Shown here: positions 9,291 through 20,000 of the stretch, piece by piece
Numbering within the stretch: position 1 is the first letter of the stretch
Layout of the letters: every line of letters begins with the position of its first letter
From: an uncultured delta proteobacterium
GTDB lineage: Bacteria > Myxococcota_A > Polyangia > Fen-1088
DNA: 64,000 bases
Direction: 5' to 3'
Assembly: GCA_963796685.1 (NCBI GenBank)
Contig: CAWCMR010000009.1
Span: 1-64,000 of the forward strand
The notes under the pieces: model-generated
What the model was told of the DNA's origin: nothing
Databases searched by the model: none
Seen by the model: the letters and a program-made list of their open reading frames with translations, nothing else
Translations under genes and position numbers: made by a program

Positions 9291-10049
9291 GAGATAGAGC
9301 GATGAGATCTCGTCCAATCCGGCTTCGGGAATCCTTCGTCTTAGTGCTGCCACCGCTGCGCTCAAGACAGCCGGCGACTGGTTCAGACTGTTGGTGATCG
9401 CGACAAGGTTGTCGAGTGTCGCATTCCCGAGTTCGTTGAGCCTGGCCGGCGCTGTCTCGCTTTTCGCGAACAGCTTCGTTTTGCAGGCGCAGGCCAGGTC
9501 TAGCGCGTTCTTAAGGAGTGCTATTTCCTGGCACGAGTCGAAGAAGCAGTCATCAGAAAAGCGGCCGCTGTCAATGGCCCTTGGCAAGAGTGTCTCGCAG
9601 CCACGTACCGGGTCCTCTTCGGCTTCTCGAAGTAGTGTAACCATGGCGCGGTTGCGGTCCTCACGCACATGTTTGTCACCTTTCCACCGCACGTTGGCAC
9701 AACCTGGTGCGCCGATTATGGCGACAACGAGTATCCCAGGCAGCGCCACGAGGTACCGAGGGGAATTCGGTCGCGAACAAGGGATGGTTGGCCTGGTATG
9801 CATCACCACGGACAAGGGCGATTCGTCTGGTTCTGGTGCGCGCAGGTTCATTGGTCGCCGTTGCCGGCGGTTTCTACGGTTGTGCATTTCAGTACCCGCT
9901 CGGCCAGGAACAATTTGTTCCTGGCCGCGTCCGCAGCAGCGCGAGGCGGCCACAAGAACAGCTCCTTCGGGAGCCGCAAGCTGTCCTGGATCCTTGTCCG
10001 GTACCATCGTCTGCATTGTCGCACAAAAGGGTCCACGTGGTCTGTCCAA
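9291..10049 (-). pseudogene. gene-cassette ORF (putative lipoprotein), 3' end cut by IS copy 1
   Basis: lies directly after attC; hydrophobic stretch + APGC; frame runs into the IS end. Confidence 0.5.
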
Positions 10050-10114
10050 CGGCTTGGCGTTAACCCGCCGGCGGCCGTCTGCGGCCGCCGGTCGGGTTCA
10101 ACGCCTTGTTCGCC
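10044..10114 (-). other. integron attC site
   Basis: minus strand GGCGAAC…imperfect palindrome…GTTGGAC; same layout as attC at 32756. Confidence 0.85.
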
Positions 10115-10184
10115 TGCCGTCTCCGCGATGTCGCTCGCCAAGATTCCAGCAAGGCGATGGTTCACAGTAAGTCGCCAAGGGCTA

Positions 10185-10397
10185 CTACGGACGGTCAGCT
10201 TTTCGAAGCCCGCAAACGATACACCTGCCCACGTTATGGGAGAAGTTGCCGTGCTCGCCTTCACAGAAGCCACGTTCGCACTTCTGACAATATCGGTGGG
10301 TCTGACGTCTGCGGCGGAAGACATCCTTGCAGATCCAGCAGTCGGCCCATTTGCCAGCCTCTATGAGTTGCTTTCCGGACATTTCAGCTTCAGCCAT
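10185..10397 (-). CDS. small Cys-rich protein in gene cassette
   Basis: three CxxC motifs, AAGGGGG RBS. Confidence 0.6.
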   Translation of the reverse strand: MAEAEMSGKQLIEAGKWADCWICKDVFRRRRQTHRYCQKCERGFCEGEHGNFSHNVGRCIVCGLRKADRP

Positions 10398-10447
10398 TGT
10401 TCCCCCTTTTGAATCCGGCAAACAGGGCCGTGACGTCGAGGCGTGGG

Positions 10448-11692
10448 CTACTCCCGAAAGATCAGCACGAGCGTGCATCCTCGGCCAATGGCTCGCAACG
10501 TGGCTACATCCCCTGCATTGGATGAGAAGACAACATCATCGGCATGAGGTGCACCTTGCGAAACTGCGAGGGAGCTCGACGTTCCGCCCCTTGTACCGAC
10601 GGTGTAGCCATCCGGCCCAACCACTTTGAGCGCTACTTCTGATGGACTTACCGCGAGCAGCACATACTTGCCACTGAGTCCGGGCGTCCACGCCAGTGCT
10701 CCTCTGGGTAAGGCATTCGACGCACCCTTGCGGCCGGAGGGCTTCGGCTCTTTCCCCTCGGGGGAAGCCAGGAGATAGTAGTGTCCAACAAAACCTAAGC
10801 CGAGGCCCTGGCGTCCTAGCACCATTTGCAGTCGCGGGAGCAGCTTTTCCAGGTCACCGTGGCGCTTTTCGGAACACCTTCCCTCACCTTGTTCAGCATC
10901 ATCGCCTTGGTTTGTCTCCTCCTCATGTTGCCGCTTGGCTTCCGCGCGAAGTCTGGCCTGGCTCTCTCTATCTTGAGCCATGGCATCCGCTGCCGACAAT
11001 CCACCCATCGGCTCATCGGTCAGAACCGACATCGGCGCCATGAAAACAGATGCGGATCCCCCAGCGCCGCCGGCATCATCGACGCGGACGAGCGCCTTCG
11101 TACACTGGCCGTTTGGATCGGAAACCGGCGCCAGGACAGAGACGCGTGTATTCCGAGGGATTGTGCCGAGAGCCTTCGTGTGACGATCTCCGATGGTCGT
11201 CCACACCGGCCGCTCAAGGGCCTCTCGCAGATAGCGCGGCTGTGCCGCAGGCGGCGGCAGTTCACCGAGAAATTCATTGGGACGGCCTTCTTCGTTGGCC
11301 GGCTGAACAACCACGTCTTGGGTGCCACCGCAGGCAACGGAGACCCGCAGGGTGTACTGCTGCTTGGGCAACTGCACGGAATGTCTCCACCTGCAGGTAT
11401 CCGAAGTGCCGTCGGGAGGGGACACAGGACGACCGTCCGGATTGAGGAGGGTGCAGGTCTTCTTGATATACGCGGCAGCTTCAGGGGGTAGCTCTGGAGG
11501 GAGCTTGAGACCGGCGAGGCGTACATCCGCTGTTCCGTGCAGAAGTACGTTCGAGAATTCCGAGCCGCATCCAATAGTTGAGAGGGCGACAAGGCAAATA
11601 GCACCGAACAGAAGGGCCGTCCTCGAAAAGGACACGAAGTCCGTTTTGCACTCGCAGGCTTGCTGTGGCTGTGAACATCGGCGTCCCGGCAT
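10448..11692 (-). CDS. putative lipoprotein in gene cassette (start uncertain)
   Basis: long ORF with LLFGAICLVALSTIGC lipobox-like segment. Confidence 0.65.
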   Translation of the reverse strand: MPGRRCSQPQQACECKTDFVSFSRTALLFGAICLVALSTIGCGSEFSNVLLHGTADVRLAGLKLPPELPPEAAAYIKKTCTLLNPDGRPVSPPDGTSDTCRWRHSVQLPKQQYTLRVSVACGGTQDVVVQPANEEGRPNEFLGELPPPAAQPRYLREALERPVWTTIGDRHTKALGTIPRNTRVSVLAPVSDPNGQCTKALVRVDDAGGAGGSASVFMAPMSVLTDEPMGGLSAADAMAQDRESQARLRAEAKRQHEEETNQGDDAEQGEGRCSEKRHGDLEKLLPRLQMVLGRQGLGLGFVGHYYLLASPEGKEPKPSGRKGASNALPRGALAWTPGLSGKYVLLAVSPSEVALKVVGPDGYTVGTRGGTSSSLAVSQGAPHADDVVFSSNAGDVATLRAIGRGCTLVLIFRE

Positions 11693-11770
11693 CTGATACC
11701 TCGCTCGTGCAGAGTACCACCGGTGGGGATGCGGTGACGAGCAGGAACTCTTGCCGGCTTGCCGCCAGGT

Positions 11771-11815
11771 CAGGCGAACTAGTATTCTCCCCCGAAAAAT
11801 ATCCAATATTCTTTC
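11771..11815 (-). other. attI-like cassette insertion site
   Basis: minus GTTCGCCTG is the exact complement of R'' of the attC at 10108-10116; AT-rich upstream sequence with no attC palindrome. Confidence 0.6.
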
Positions 11816-12131
11816 CATAGTCGCACGCTTCGGCGGCCTAGATCAATCGAAGGGTGCACGTGATTTCGCGGGGTTGGCCGTCTTCGGACCCAGGGATGGT
11901 GCTGCGACACCTGTCGGATAAACATGCCCAGCCGCTGGGCCTGCAAGACAGGTGCCATCAGCGGATTGTGGGGCTTCGCTCGGGCTCGAGCTGCCGTGCC
12001 TCGGCGCTCGTCCAGTCGGCCTACCCGCCGGCCGCGAGCCGCAAGCTGGAAATTTCCAACGTTGACACTCTTTCCTTCCAGCGGAAGTGTTTGCTGGTGG
12101 TTGAACCTAGTTGTCGGGAAAGGAGTGAACC

Positions 12132-12848
12132 ATGAGTACACATGTTCGTGAAGGTTCTTCGATTGGTGTTGTGGTGAATGTCGTGGACGCAACCTGTGCG
12201 GCGCTTGAAAGCGACGAGGTGACCCAGGGCCTGGTTTCTACTTGGGCCACGATGCGGGACAAGGGCGACGGATTGGCGAAAACCGAGAGCGACCTCGACC
12301 GAACCGTGCTTCGGGCACGGGCCAGGCTGGAGGTTGCGGATGCCCAGTTCGACCAGACCGTGGCCGCGTTCGGCCGAGCGGTAGTCGATATCTCGGGCGG
12401 TCGCCGCGATCAGGTGCCCTACACGCGCTTCTTCGCCAAGGCTGCGCCGTCGAAGGTGCAGGTGTTCGGCATCGAACGCGAAATCGAAACCGCGCGCGGC
12501 TGGCTGACCGAGCTTGCCCGCAATCCGAGCGAGCCGCTCGCGCAGACCTGGACGCCCAAGCTCAAGGCCGCCGCCGACATGCTCGAGATGGCGTGCAAGG
12601 CGCGCAACGATGCCGTGAAGGCGCTGGCCCCGCAACGGACCTCGGTGGTGCTGTTCATCGATGATGTGAACCACGAGCTGGATCGCCTGGAAGGCGATCT
12701 GAAGAAGCTCTTCCCCGGCGCCGCCGATCGCGTGGCGTCTTTCTTGGCGGCCACCCGGCCAAGTCGCAGCGGAGGCTCGGATGAGCCCGAGCCGGCTCCG
12801 AATCCCGCCCCAGCCGCTGCCTCGCCCCTGGCACGGGCAAACGGGTAA
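12132..12848 (+). CDS. alpha-helical hypothetical protein
   Basis: AAGGAG RBS, 238-aa ORF with GC-rich third positions. Confidence 0.8.
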   Translation: MSTHVREGSSIGVVVNVVDATCAALESDEVTQGLVSTWATMRDKGDGLAKTESDLDRTVLRARARLEVADAQFDQTVAAFGRAVVDISGGRRDQVPYTRFFAKAAPSKVQVFGIEREIETARGWLTELARNPSEPLAQTWTPKLKAAADMLEMACKARNDAVKALAPQRTSVVLFIDDVNHELDRLEGDLKKLFPGAADRVASFLAATRPSRSGGSDEPEPAPNPAPAAASPLARANG

Positions 12849-12970
12849 GCCTCGAGCCGAGCTATCGCGTGGCCGGGCAACCAAGGCGCATATAGTCATA
12901 CGGCCCTGTCCGGTGGCTAAATGCGCCGGTTTTTCGGCCAACGCCGGCCCTCTCTGAGCGGAAGAAGCTA

Positions 12971-13204
12971 CTCGAGGCCTCAAGTGACCGTTTCCCGTGA
13001 GCGGAAATGCCCACTCGAACCCTCAAGTGTCCCTATTCCGTCACCGGCAACACCACCCGAGGCCTGAAGTAGCCGCTTCCCGTCAGCGGCGGACTCGACT
13101 CGAAGGTTCAGGTGGCCCATTCCCGCCAGCGGAATGTCCCACTCGAGGTTTCAAGTGACCCGAACCCGTCAGGGGAAGTGGCTGCTCGAGCCCTTGAGTG
13201 ACAT
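12971..13204. repeat. degenerate 42-43 bp tandem repeat, about 5.5 units
   Basis: units start at 12971, 13014, 13056, 13099, 13142, 13185; consensus about CTCGARNNNTCAAGTGNCC…TTCCCGTCAGCGGAA. Confidence 0.8.
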
Positions 13205-13359
13205 CTCCGGCTCACGGATCGGCCGTTCGCTTGCTGGCACGCGATGTTGGCTGGCCAACCGATTGCGTGAAGGCTGTCGTGAAGGTTGTAATGTCGGGTC
13301 GGCTCGACACCTCTTGAGATGCAATCGCCGTTGCCCATGCTGGTCGACTTCACCGCCGC

Positions 13360-14202
13360 TTGGTGCCACCCATCTACGTCGTCTTCCTGGCTTCCGCCGA
13401 GGGCAGCACCGGTTTTCCGCGCACCGTGATCTGGGCGGGAAAAGACAGCCGGGCCACCATCGTCGAGATCCATCTCGGCGCCGAGCGCGCGTCCAACCCG
13501 GCCACGCTGGCCAGCGCAGTCACCGAAGTCGTGCTCGAACCCGGCGCGAACGTCACCTATCACGGCATCCAGAAGGCGTCGCCCGCGGGCGGTCACGTCG
13601 GGCACCTCGCCGTGACCCAGAAGGCCGGCAGCGTGTTTTCCGGCAGCAGCCTGGCCTTGGGCGGCCGCCTGGTGCGCAACGACGTGCACGTCTTGCTTGC
13701 CGAGGAAGGATGCACCTGCAACCTCGACGGCCTTTACCTTGCCTCGGGCGCGGGCCACATCGACAATCACACGACCATCGATCATCGCGCCCCGCGGTCT
13801 ACCAGCCGCGAGGTCTACAAGGGCGTGGTCGGCGATCGCAGCCGCGCGGTCTTCAACGGGCGCATCGTGGTCAGGCCCGATGCCCAGCAGACCGATGCCC
13901 GTCAGACCAACCGCAACATCGTGCTCGGCGAGGGCGCCCTGGTGCACAGCAAGCCGCACCTCGAGATCTTCGCCAACGACGTCAAGTGCTCGCACGGCGC
14001 CACCACCGGACGTCTGAATCCGGACGCCCTGTTCTATCTGCGTTCGCGCGGCATCGGAGAGAAGGAAGCGAACCAGCTGCTCATCCGCGCCTTCATGTTG
14101 GAGGGCCTCGACTGCATCGCGCAGACCGAGCTGCGCGCGGAGCTGGAAGGCGTGCTCGTGAAAAAGATCGAGTCCCTCGCCAACCCGGGAGCCGTCGCGT
14201 GA
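13360..14202 (+). pseudogene. sufD: 5'-truncated Fe-S cluster assembly protein
   Basis: VFNGRIVV…KPHLEIFANDVKCSHGATTG…LFYLRSRGI. Confidence 0.85.
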
Positions 14203-14482
14203 TGGCGACCAAGCACAGAGGCTCCTCCTTGTCGAACAGCCTCGACGTGGAGCGCGTGCGGCGGGATTTTCCGGCCCTGGCGCAAAAGGTCCACGGCCAT
14301 CCCCTCGTCTATCTCGACAACGCCGCCACCACGCAAAAGCCGAACGCGGTACTCGATCGCATCCACAAGAGCTACATCGAGGAGTGCGCCAACATCCACC
14401 GCGGCGTCTACCAACTGAGCGAGCGCGCGACCGCGGCCCACGAGGCGGCACGAGAGACGGTTCGCCGCTTCCTCGGCGCCGA
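14202..14482 (+). pseudogene. sufS: 5' fragment of cysteine desulfurase
   Basis: RRDFPAL…LVYLDNAATTQKP…NIHRGVY; interrupted at 14483. Confidence 0.9.
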
Positions 14483-15247
14483 AGTCGAGAAAGACCCGGC
14501 GTAGATAACGGAGAATTCCCAAGACGGTGCAAATCACGGTCTATTTCGCCGCCATCATCGCGCCTGGTCTCACGTGCGCCTCTTCTATCAATCATCGTCG
14601 TGTTCGCGCGGCAACATTCGGACGTGCGTAGCACCGGCCACAAGCTCTACGGCCCCACCGGCATCGGCGTGCTTTATGGCAAGCAGCGCCTGCTGGAGGC
14701 CATGCCGCCCTGGCAGGGCGGTGGCGACATGATCATGTCCGTGACCTTCGAGCGGACCACCTACGCGCCGCCGCCGGCCAAATTCGAGGCCGGCACGCCC
14801 GACATCAGCGGTGCCATCGCTCTCGCCACCGCCATCGACTACGTCGAGTCGTTCGGCATGGCCGCCATCGAACGCTACGAGGCCGAGCTGCGATCACGTG
14901 ACCGTGTACCTCGACGTCAAGGACGGTGTCGTCCGTGACATCAGCTTCCAAGGCGAGGGCTGCGCCATCGCCAGGGCGTCGGCGTCCATGATGACGTCGG
15001 TGGTGAAGGGAAAGTCCTTGGCCGACGCCTCCGAGACCTTCAAGCGCTTCCGCCAGATGATCACCGGCGGCCAGGATCCCTGCTTCGACCTCGAAGACCT
15101 GGGCAAGCTCGCCGCGTTCTCCGACGTAAGCGCGTTCCCCGTGCGGGTCAAGTGCGCAAGCCTCGCCTGGCACACCTTGAACGCGGCCATGCACGAGACC
15201 ACGACCGAGCCCACCAGCGGCAGCGAGCCCAGCAAGGAGCCCTAAAA

Positions 15248-15643
15248 GTGACGGCGGCCCCCAATCCCCAGCCCGCACCCGACCCGCCCCCCGACCCGCC
15301 ATCGGGCTCCACCGCCAACGATGCGGCCACCGCCCAGTTGGAGCGCCTGGTGTGGCAGGAGCTGCGCGAGTGCTACGACCCGGAGATCCCCGTCAACATC
15401 GTGGAGCTGGGGCTCGTCTACGCCATGAGGACCGAGCCCCTGCCCGAGGGCGGCCACCGGGTCGAGGTCCTCATGACCGTGACCTCTACTGCCTGTGGCA
15501 TGTCCGAGATCCTGCGCAGCGAGGCCGACGCGCGCATTCGCAAGCTGCCCGGCGTGGCGCAGGTCGAGGTCGCCATCACCTTCGACCCGACCTGGACCCC
15601 CGAGCTCATGAGCGACGACGCGCGCATGATGCTGAATTTGTGA
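15248..15643 (+). CDS. sufT: DUF59/SufT protein (copy)
   Basis: copy of 7071-7466 with 1 SNP. Confidence 0.8.
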   Translation: MTAAPNPQPAPDPPPDPPSGSTANDAATAQLERLVWQELRECYDPEIPVNIVELGLVYAMRTEPLPEGGHRVEVLMTVTSTACGMSEILRSEADARIRKLPGVAQVEVAITFDPTWTPELMSDDARMMLNL

Positions 15644-15789
15644 CTGGAGAGAGCGCAGAGGGCGGAGGAGGGCGCGGAGGGCGGAGAAGCTCGGGAAGGT
15701 TTTGCCGACCGTGGCCGTGCCTCACCCACACAACGCCCGACACCCGCATCACGCACCTTCCGTGACCTGCTTGCCGAGAACCCTCCTTC

Positions 15790-17295
15790 ATGGAGGCAGC
15801 CGCATGCGCAAAACCTGCGACCGGCTACACCTATGCCCGCCGGGAGCCGGAGAAGACCGCGCTCTTCCAGGTGCTCCAGCAGCACCTGCTCACCTTCGAG
15901 CAAGAGTGGACCGACAAGTCCGACGGCCGCACGCTGCCCAGCTTCGTCACCGACGAGCTACACGACTTTCTAGGGTGCGGAATCTTGGCGCGAGGCTTCG
16001 CACAATTCTTGTGCAAAACCTGCCACGAGCGGTACGTTGTGGCCTGGAGCTGTAAGGGTCGTGGCTTCTGTCCGAGCTGCGGAGGCAGACGCATGAACGC
16101 GGGTGCGCTGACTCTGGTCGATCACGTGCTGCCCGAAGTGCCCATCCGACAATTCGTGCTCACCCTGCCTTTCCCGCTGAGATTTCCCTTGGCCTTCGAC
16201 GGGAAATTGCTGGGCCAAGTCCTGCGCATCTTCATCGACACCGTCGCGTCCAACTATCGCAAGCGCCTGGCAAATCGGGGCATCCCCGACGGCGAGTGCG
16301 GCGCCGTCACGGTCATCCAGCGCGCCAACAGCGACCTGCGTCTCTCACCGCATTTTCACGTTCTCCAGCTCGATGGAGCGTACGCCCCTGGGCCCGACGG
16401 CGGTGCGCCCATCTTCCACCCGGCTCCGGAACTTACCCAAGAGGACATCCTTGCCATCGTCGCGCGCGCCAGTAAGCGCATCCTCCGCTTCCTCCAACGT
16501 CGCGGGGTCATCACCCTGGTGACCGCGCCAGGCGACGGCGAGATCACCGTCGTCACCGACGAGACCATCGGCGAGAAGGATCCGCTCCTGGCTCGCTTGT
16601 TGGCCGCCGCCACCGCTGGCGCCTCGCCTGCCGGCCCTGCGCACAAGCGGGCTCCCGTGCGCATCGTGCTCGACCCTGGCGCCACGCCCGTGGCCAAGGG
16701 CAAACTATGCGGCCAGCAAGCAGGCTTCAACCTGCATGCTCAAACCAAAGTCGCCGCCAACGACAAGAAGGGTCGCGAAAACCTGTGCAAGTACATCTTG
16801 CGCCCGCCTCTCGCCAATGACCGCCTCAAAATCCTCGACGACAAAACCGTCAGGCTCGACTTCAAGAAGCCCTGGTCGGATGGCACCTCGTCGGTCGACC
16901 TTGCGCCGCTCGCCCTCATTGCGAGGCTAGCCGCGATCATCCCTCCTCCTCGTCGCCATGTCGTCAGATATTCGGGGGTTATCTCCTCGCACAGCTCTCT
17001 CCGCAGCCAGGTCGTCCCCGTCCCCGCCGTGGCGGCACCCGAGGAAAAGGACAAGCCTTCACTGCCGCTCTCGCACTATATTTCTTGGAGCCAGCTCCTC
17101 AAAAAGACATTCGAGATCGACACCGTCTGCCCTCGCTGCAAGAGCCCGCTGCATCTCATCGCCATGATCGAGACCGAGGACACCATCAAGAAGATTCTCA
17201 AAGCCATGGGACTGCCTACCGAGGCGCCCAAACTCCGGCCTGCACGACCGCCGCCCTCGCAATCTGGTGGCGAGGGCGGAGACTGGCTGAACTGA
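15790..17295 (+). CDS. IS91-family transposase, copy 2
   Basis: 501 aa, one D>N change versus copy 1. Confidence 0.95.
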   Translation: MEAAACAKPATGYTYARREPEKTALFQVLQQHLLTFEQEWTDKSDGRTLPSFVTDELHDFLGCGILARGFAQFLCKTCHERYVVAWSCKGRGFCPSCGGRRMNAGALTLVDHVLPEVPIRQFVLTLPFPLRFPLAFDGKLLGQVLRIFIDTVASNYRKRLANRGIPDGECGAVTVIQRANSDLRLSPHFHVLQLDGAYAPGPDGGAPIFHPAPELTQEDILAIVARASKRILRFLQRRGVITLVTAPGDGEITVVTDETIGEKDPLLARLLAAATAGASPAGPAHKRAPVRIVLDPGATPVAKGKLCGQQAGFNLHAQTKVAANDKKGRENLCKYILRPPLANDRLKILDDKTVRLDFKKPWSDGTSSVDLAPLALIARLAAIIPPPRRHVVRYSGVISSHSSLRSQVVPVPAVAAPEEKDKPSLPLSHYISWSQLLKKTFEIDTVCPRCKSPLHLIAMIETEDTIKKILKAMGLPTEAPKLRPARPPPSQSGGEGGDWLN

Positions 17296-17760
17296 CGGCA
17301 CGTCGACCAGGGCGGGTTGGAGTAGACTGCCCTGCGTGCTCGAGAAAGACCCCGTCAGGCCCCAGAAACCCGGTCACGTGCGCCGTACCGACGTGATCGG
17401 GGCCAACCTAATGCGGCCCGGCAGGGTTCTCAGACGCTCAAAAACCCCCTTCGAATCGCCTATGGCCGTCACGTTTCATCGGTCATCAGCCACCATCCGA
17501 ATCATGCCTCCCAGACCGCGCCATTGCATTCCCATACGTGTGGACGTGCCACACCTGTTAGGGGACGCACGAAAGTTCACACCCGCCCCGCCCGCCCCCA
17601 GAGTATCCGTGGTGCTCGCCTCGTCGGTCGCACGCGCCGCATCCGCCGCGCGTCCCCACGTAACACCCCGCCAGCTCAAGCGCGACAAGAATCAGCAATA
17701 GCGAAAATCTCTTCATTTGACGCCGTACCTTTCGGTTCCGAACTCTCTACCGAGTCCCGC

Positions 17761-19971
17761 TCAAGCATCACCAGCACGTTGGAGGATCTCTTGCACTTTC
17801 GCCGAGAGGACCACGGCATCGAAGGGCTTCTGGATGAAGCCGTGGCAGCCGCTGTCGAGAAGCTCCTGGGCCTGTCCTTCGATGCTGCAACCACTGGAGA
17901 GGAGCACCTTGATGCCAGGCATGATCTTTTGCAGCGTCTCGTAGGTCTGACGTCCGCTCATCTCCGGCATGGTCATGTCGAGAAGCACGAGCGAGATCTT
18001 CGCTCCGAATCGCCGCACCAGCTCGATGGCTTGCTTGCCACTTGGCGCGGTCAAGACGTCGTAGCCGAACTTCTGCAGCAGGCGGGCGCAGACCTTCACG
18101 ATCTGCGCCTCGTCGTCGACGATCAGAATGGTCCCGGTGCCGTGCTGAAGGACCGCCACGGGGGTCTTATCCTCTGCGACCTGGCGCTCGGTCGCCGGCA
18201 GAAGAAGCGTGAAGGTCGTGCCTTTTCCCATCTCGCTCTCGACCCCGATGAAGCCCGCGTGGTTCTTGATGATGCCGTAGACCGAGGCCAGCCCCAAGCC
18301 TGTTCCTTGGCCAGGGCCCTTGGTGGTGAAGAAGGGTTCGAAAATCCTCCCCATGGTCTTGGCTTCCATCCCGCATCCCGTGTCGGTGACCAAAAGCTTC
18401 GCATACAGTCCGGGTGGAAGGCCGAGGAGTGCTCCTTCCTCGTCGGCGAGATCCGCGTTCTCGGCGTGCAAGAGAAGGTGGCCGCCCTGGGGCATGGCCT
18501 GCCCGGCGTTGACCAGTAGATTCAGCAGCACCTGTTCGAGCTGCGAATGGTCCATGAGGACGGCCAGCAGGCTCGGCGGAAAGTCGAGCTGGATGGTGAT
18601 GTCCGCGCGCGCGCGCCCGTACATCGCGCTGGTCTTCGCCACCACGCGCCGCAGATCAAGCGGCTTCAGATTGTACTTTCCCAGTCGGGCGAATCCCAGA
18701 AGCTGCTTGGTCAGCGCCGCGCCACGGTTCACCAGCGCCTTCATTTCCTGGATATCCGTCTTGCTATCGCTGCCGTCTTCGATCTCCAATTCCACCAGCG
18801 CCAGCCCACCCAGGATACCAGCCAGAATGTTGTTGAAGTCATGGGCGATGCCGCCCGCGAGCGTGCCGATGGCCTCCATCTTCTGGGCTTGCGCCAGTTG
18901 CAGTTGCAATTCCTCCCGCTCTTCCTCCATCCGCCTGCGCTCGGCAATCTCCCAGGCCATATCCGCCAAGTAAGAGATGGTGCTGACATCCTCGGTGGTG
19001 TAGCCCGCATCCTTGTTGCCCATGCCCAGGATGGCGACCATCTTGTCCTTGCGGAAAATCGGCACGACGACCTCGCGAATCATGGGTCCGTGGCCGCCGG
19101 TCGGCCCTTTCCGGTTTGGCACCTTGTCGTTGTGGATGATGGGAGCGCGCTTGCGCACACAATCCGCCCAGATGTCGTCCTCGGCGACGCCGTAATGCAG
19201 GAGCTTCTCATGCGCGGTACCGAACGCACTGACCGTGCGGGTGGACCAGACCTGCAGCGATGGCGTGCGCTGATCCGCCTCGATGTAGTGGAAGAAACCC
19301 ACCCGGCTACCGGTAACGACCTCGACTTCGTCCAGCGTCTTCTGCAGTAGCTCTTTGGGCGAATGCGACGATGCGTACTCCTGCAACCGCAGGCGGATCG
19401 CCATCAACGCCTCGGAGCGCTTGCGGGCGGTGATATCACTGACGACGACGCGACATTCCTTGCCGCCGGCCGAGGCCGTGGCGGCGAATTCGACGGCAAA
19501 CGGCGACGCCAGTTCGGGGCGCACGACCACCTCGCAGGTTTCCTTGACGCCAGTCTCGAATACTTTGGCGAGGAACGTATTGAAGACTGGACGGCTGTCG
19601 ACGTCGACCATGATGCCTAAGCGTTTGCCGACCAGATGCGAACGTTCCAACCCCAAAAGGCGCGCTCCAGTAAGATTCATCTGCCGAATCTCCCCCTCCC
19701 GATTCAGGGTTAGGTATCCGACGGGAGCAAATTCGTAGAGATCCGTATAGCGGGAGAGACCTTCCTCGACCTCAATGCGAGCTCGCTGCAATTCATCGTT
19801 CTGCATCTCCAGCTCTATCTGGTGGACTTGTAGTTCGTGGAACAGCCGCTGCGTGTCCGGCGGCATGTTGGTATTATCCGCAATGGCATTGGCATGACGT
19901 GCTCCGAATCGCTCCTCCGCCCGGCGGCGCAACTCACCAGCATCTACCATTTCGGTCTTGCTCTTCTTCAT
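17761..19971 (-). CDS. PAS/GAF hybrid sensor histidine kinase with receiver domain
   Basis: AHDFNN H-box, FEPFFTTK, GTGLGL, C-terminal REC (IVDDE, LLDMTMP). Confidence 0.95.
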   Translation of the reverse strand: MKKSKTEMVDAGELRRRAEERFGARHANAIADNTNMPPDTQRLFHELQVHQIELEMQNDELQRARIEVEEGLSRYTDLYEFAPVGYLTLNREGEIRQMNLTGARLLGLERSHLVGKRLGIMVDVDSRPVFNTFLAKVFETGVKETCEVVVRPELASPFAVEFAATASAGGKECRVVVSDITARKRSEALMAIRLRLQEYASSHSPKELLQKTLDEVEVVTGSRVGFFHYIEADQRTPSLQVWSTRTVSAFGTAHEKLLHYGVAEDDIWADCVRKRAPIIHNDKVPNRKGPTGGHGPMIREVVVPIFRKDKMVAILGMGNKDAGYTTEDVSTISYLADMAWEIAERRRMEEEREELQLQLAQAQKMEAIGTLAGGIAHDFNNILAGILGGLALVELEIEDGSDSKTDIQEMKALVNRGAALTKQLLGFARLGKYNLKPLDLRRVVAKTSAMYGRARADITIQLDFPPSLLAVLMDHSQLEQVLLNLLVNAGQAMPQGGHLLLHAENADLADEEGALLGLPPGLYAKLLVTDTGCGMEAKTMGRIFEPFFTTKGPGQGTGLGLASVYGIIKNHAGFIGVESEMGKGTTFTLLLPATERQVAEDKTPVAVLQHGTGTILIVDDEAQIVKVCARLLQKFGYDVLTAPSGKQAIELVRRFGAKISLVLLDMTMPEMSGRQTYETLQKIMPGIKVLLSSGCSIEGQAQELLDSGCHGFIQKPFDAVVLSAKVQEILQRAGDA

Positions 19972-20000
19972 CCGTCACTCCCGTTGGTCCCATTTCCCCA

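Larger units (their letters stand above)
14483..17463 (+). mobile_element. IS copy 2 plus captured 150-bp flank, sufS', 'sufU and sufT (duplicate of 6306-9286)
   Basis: near-identical at offset 8177; ends GCCTAT followed by GGCC. Confidence 0.9.

Noticed and set aside
12971-13204. CRISPR array
   Set aside because: Repeats are contiguous and degenerate, with no unique spacers and no cas genes in the window
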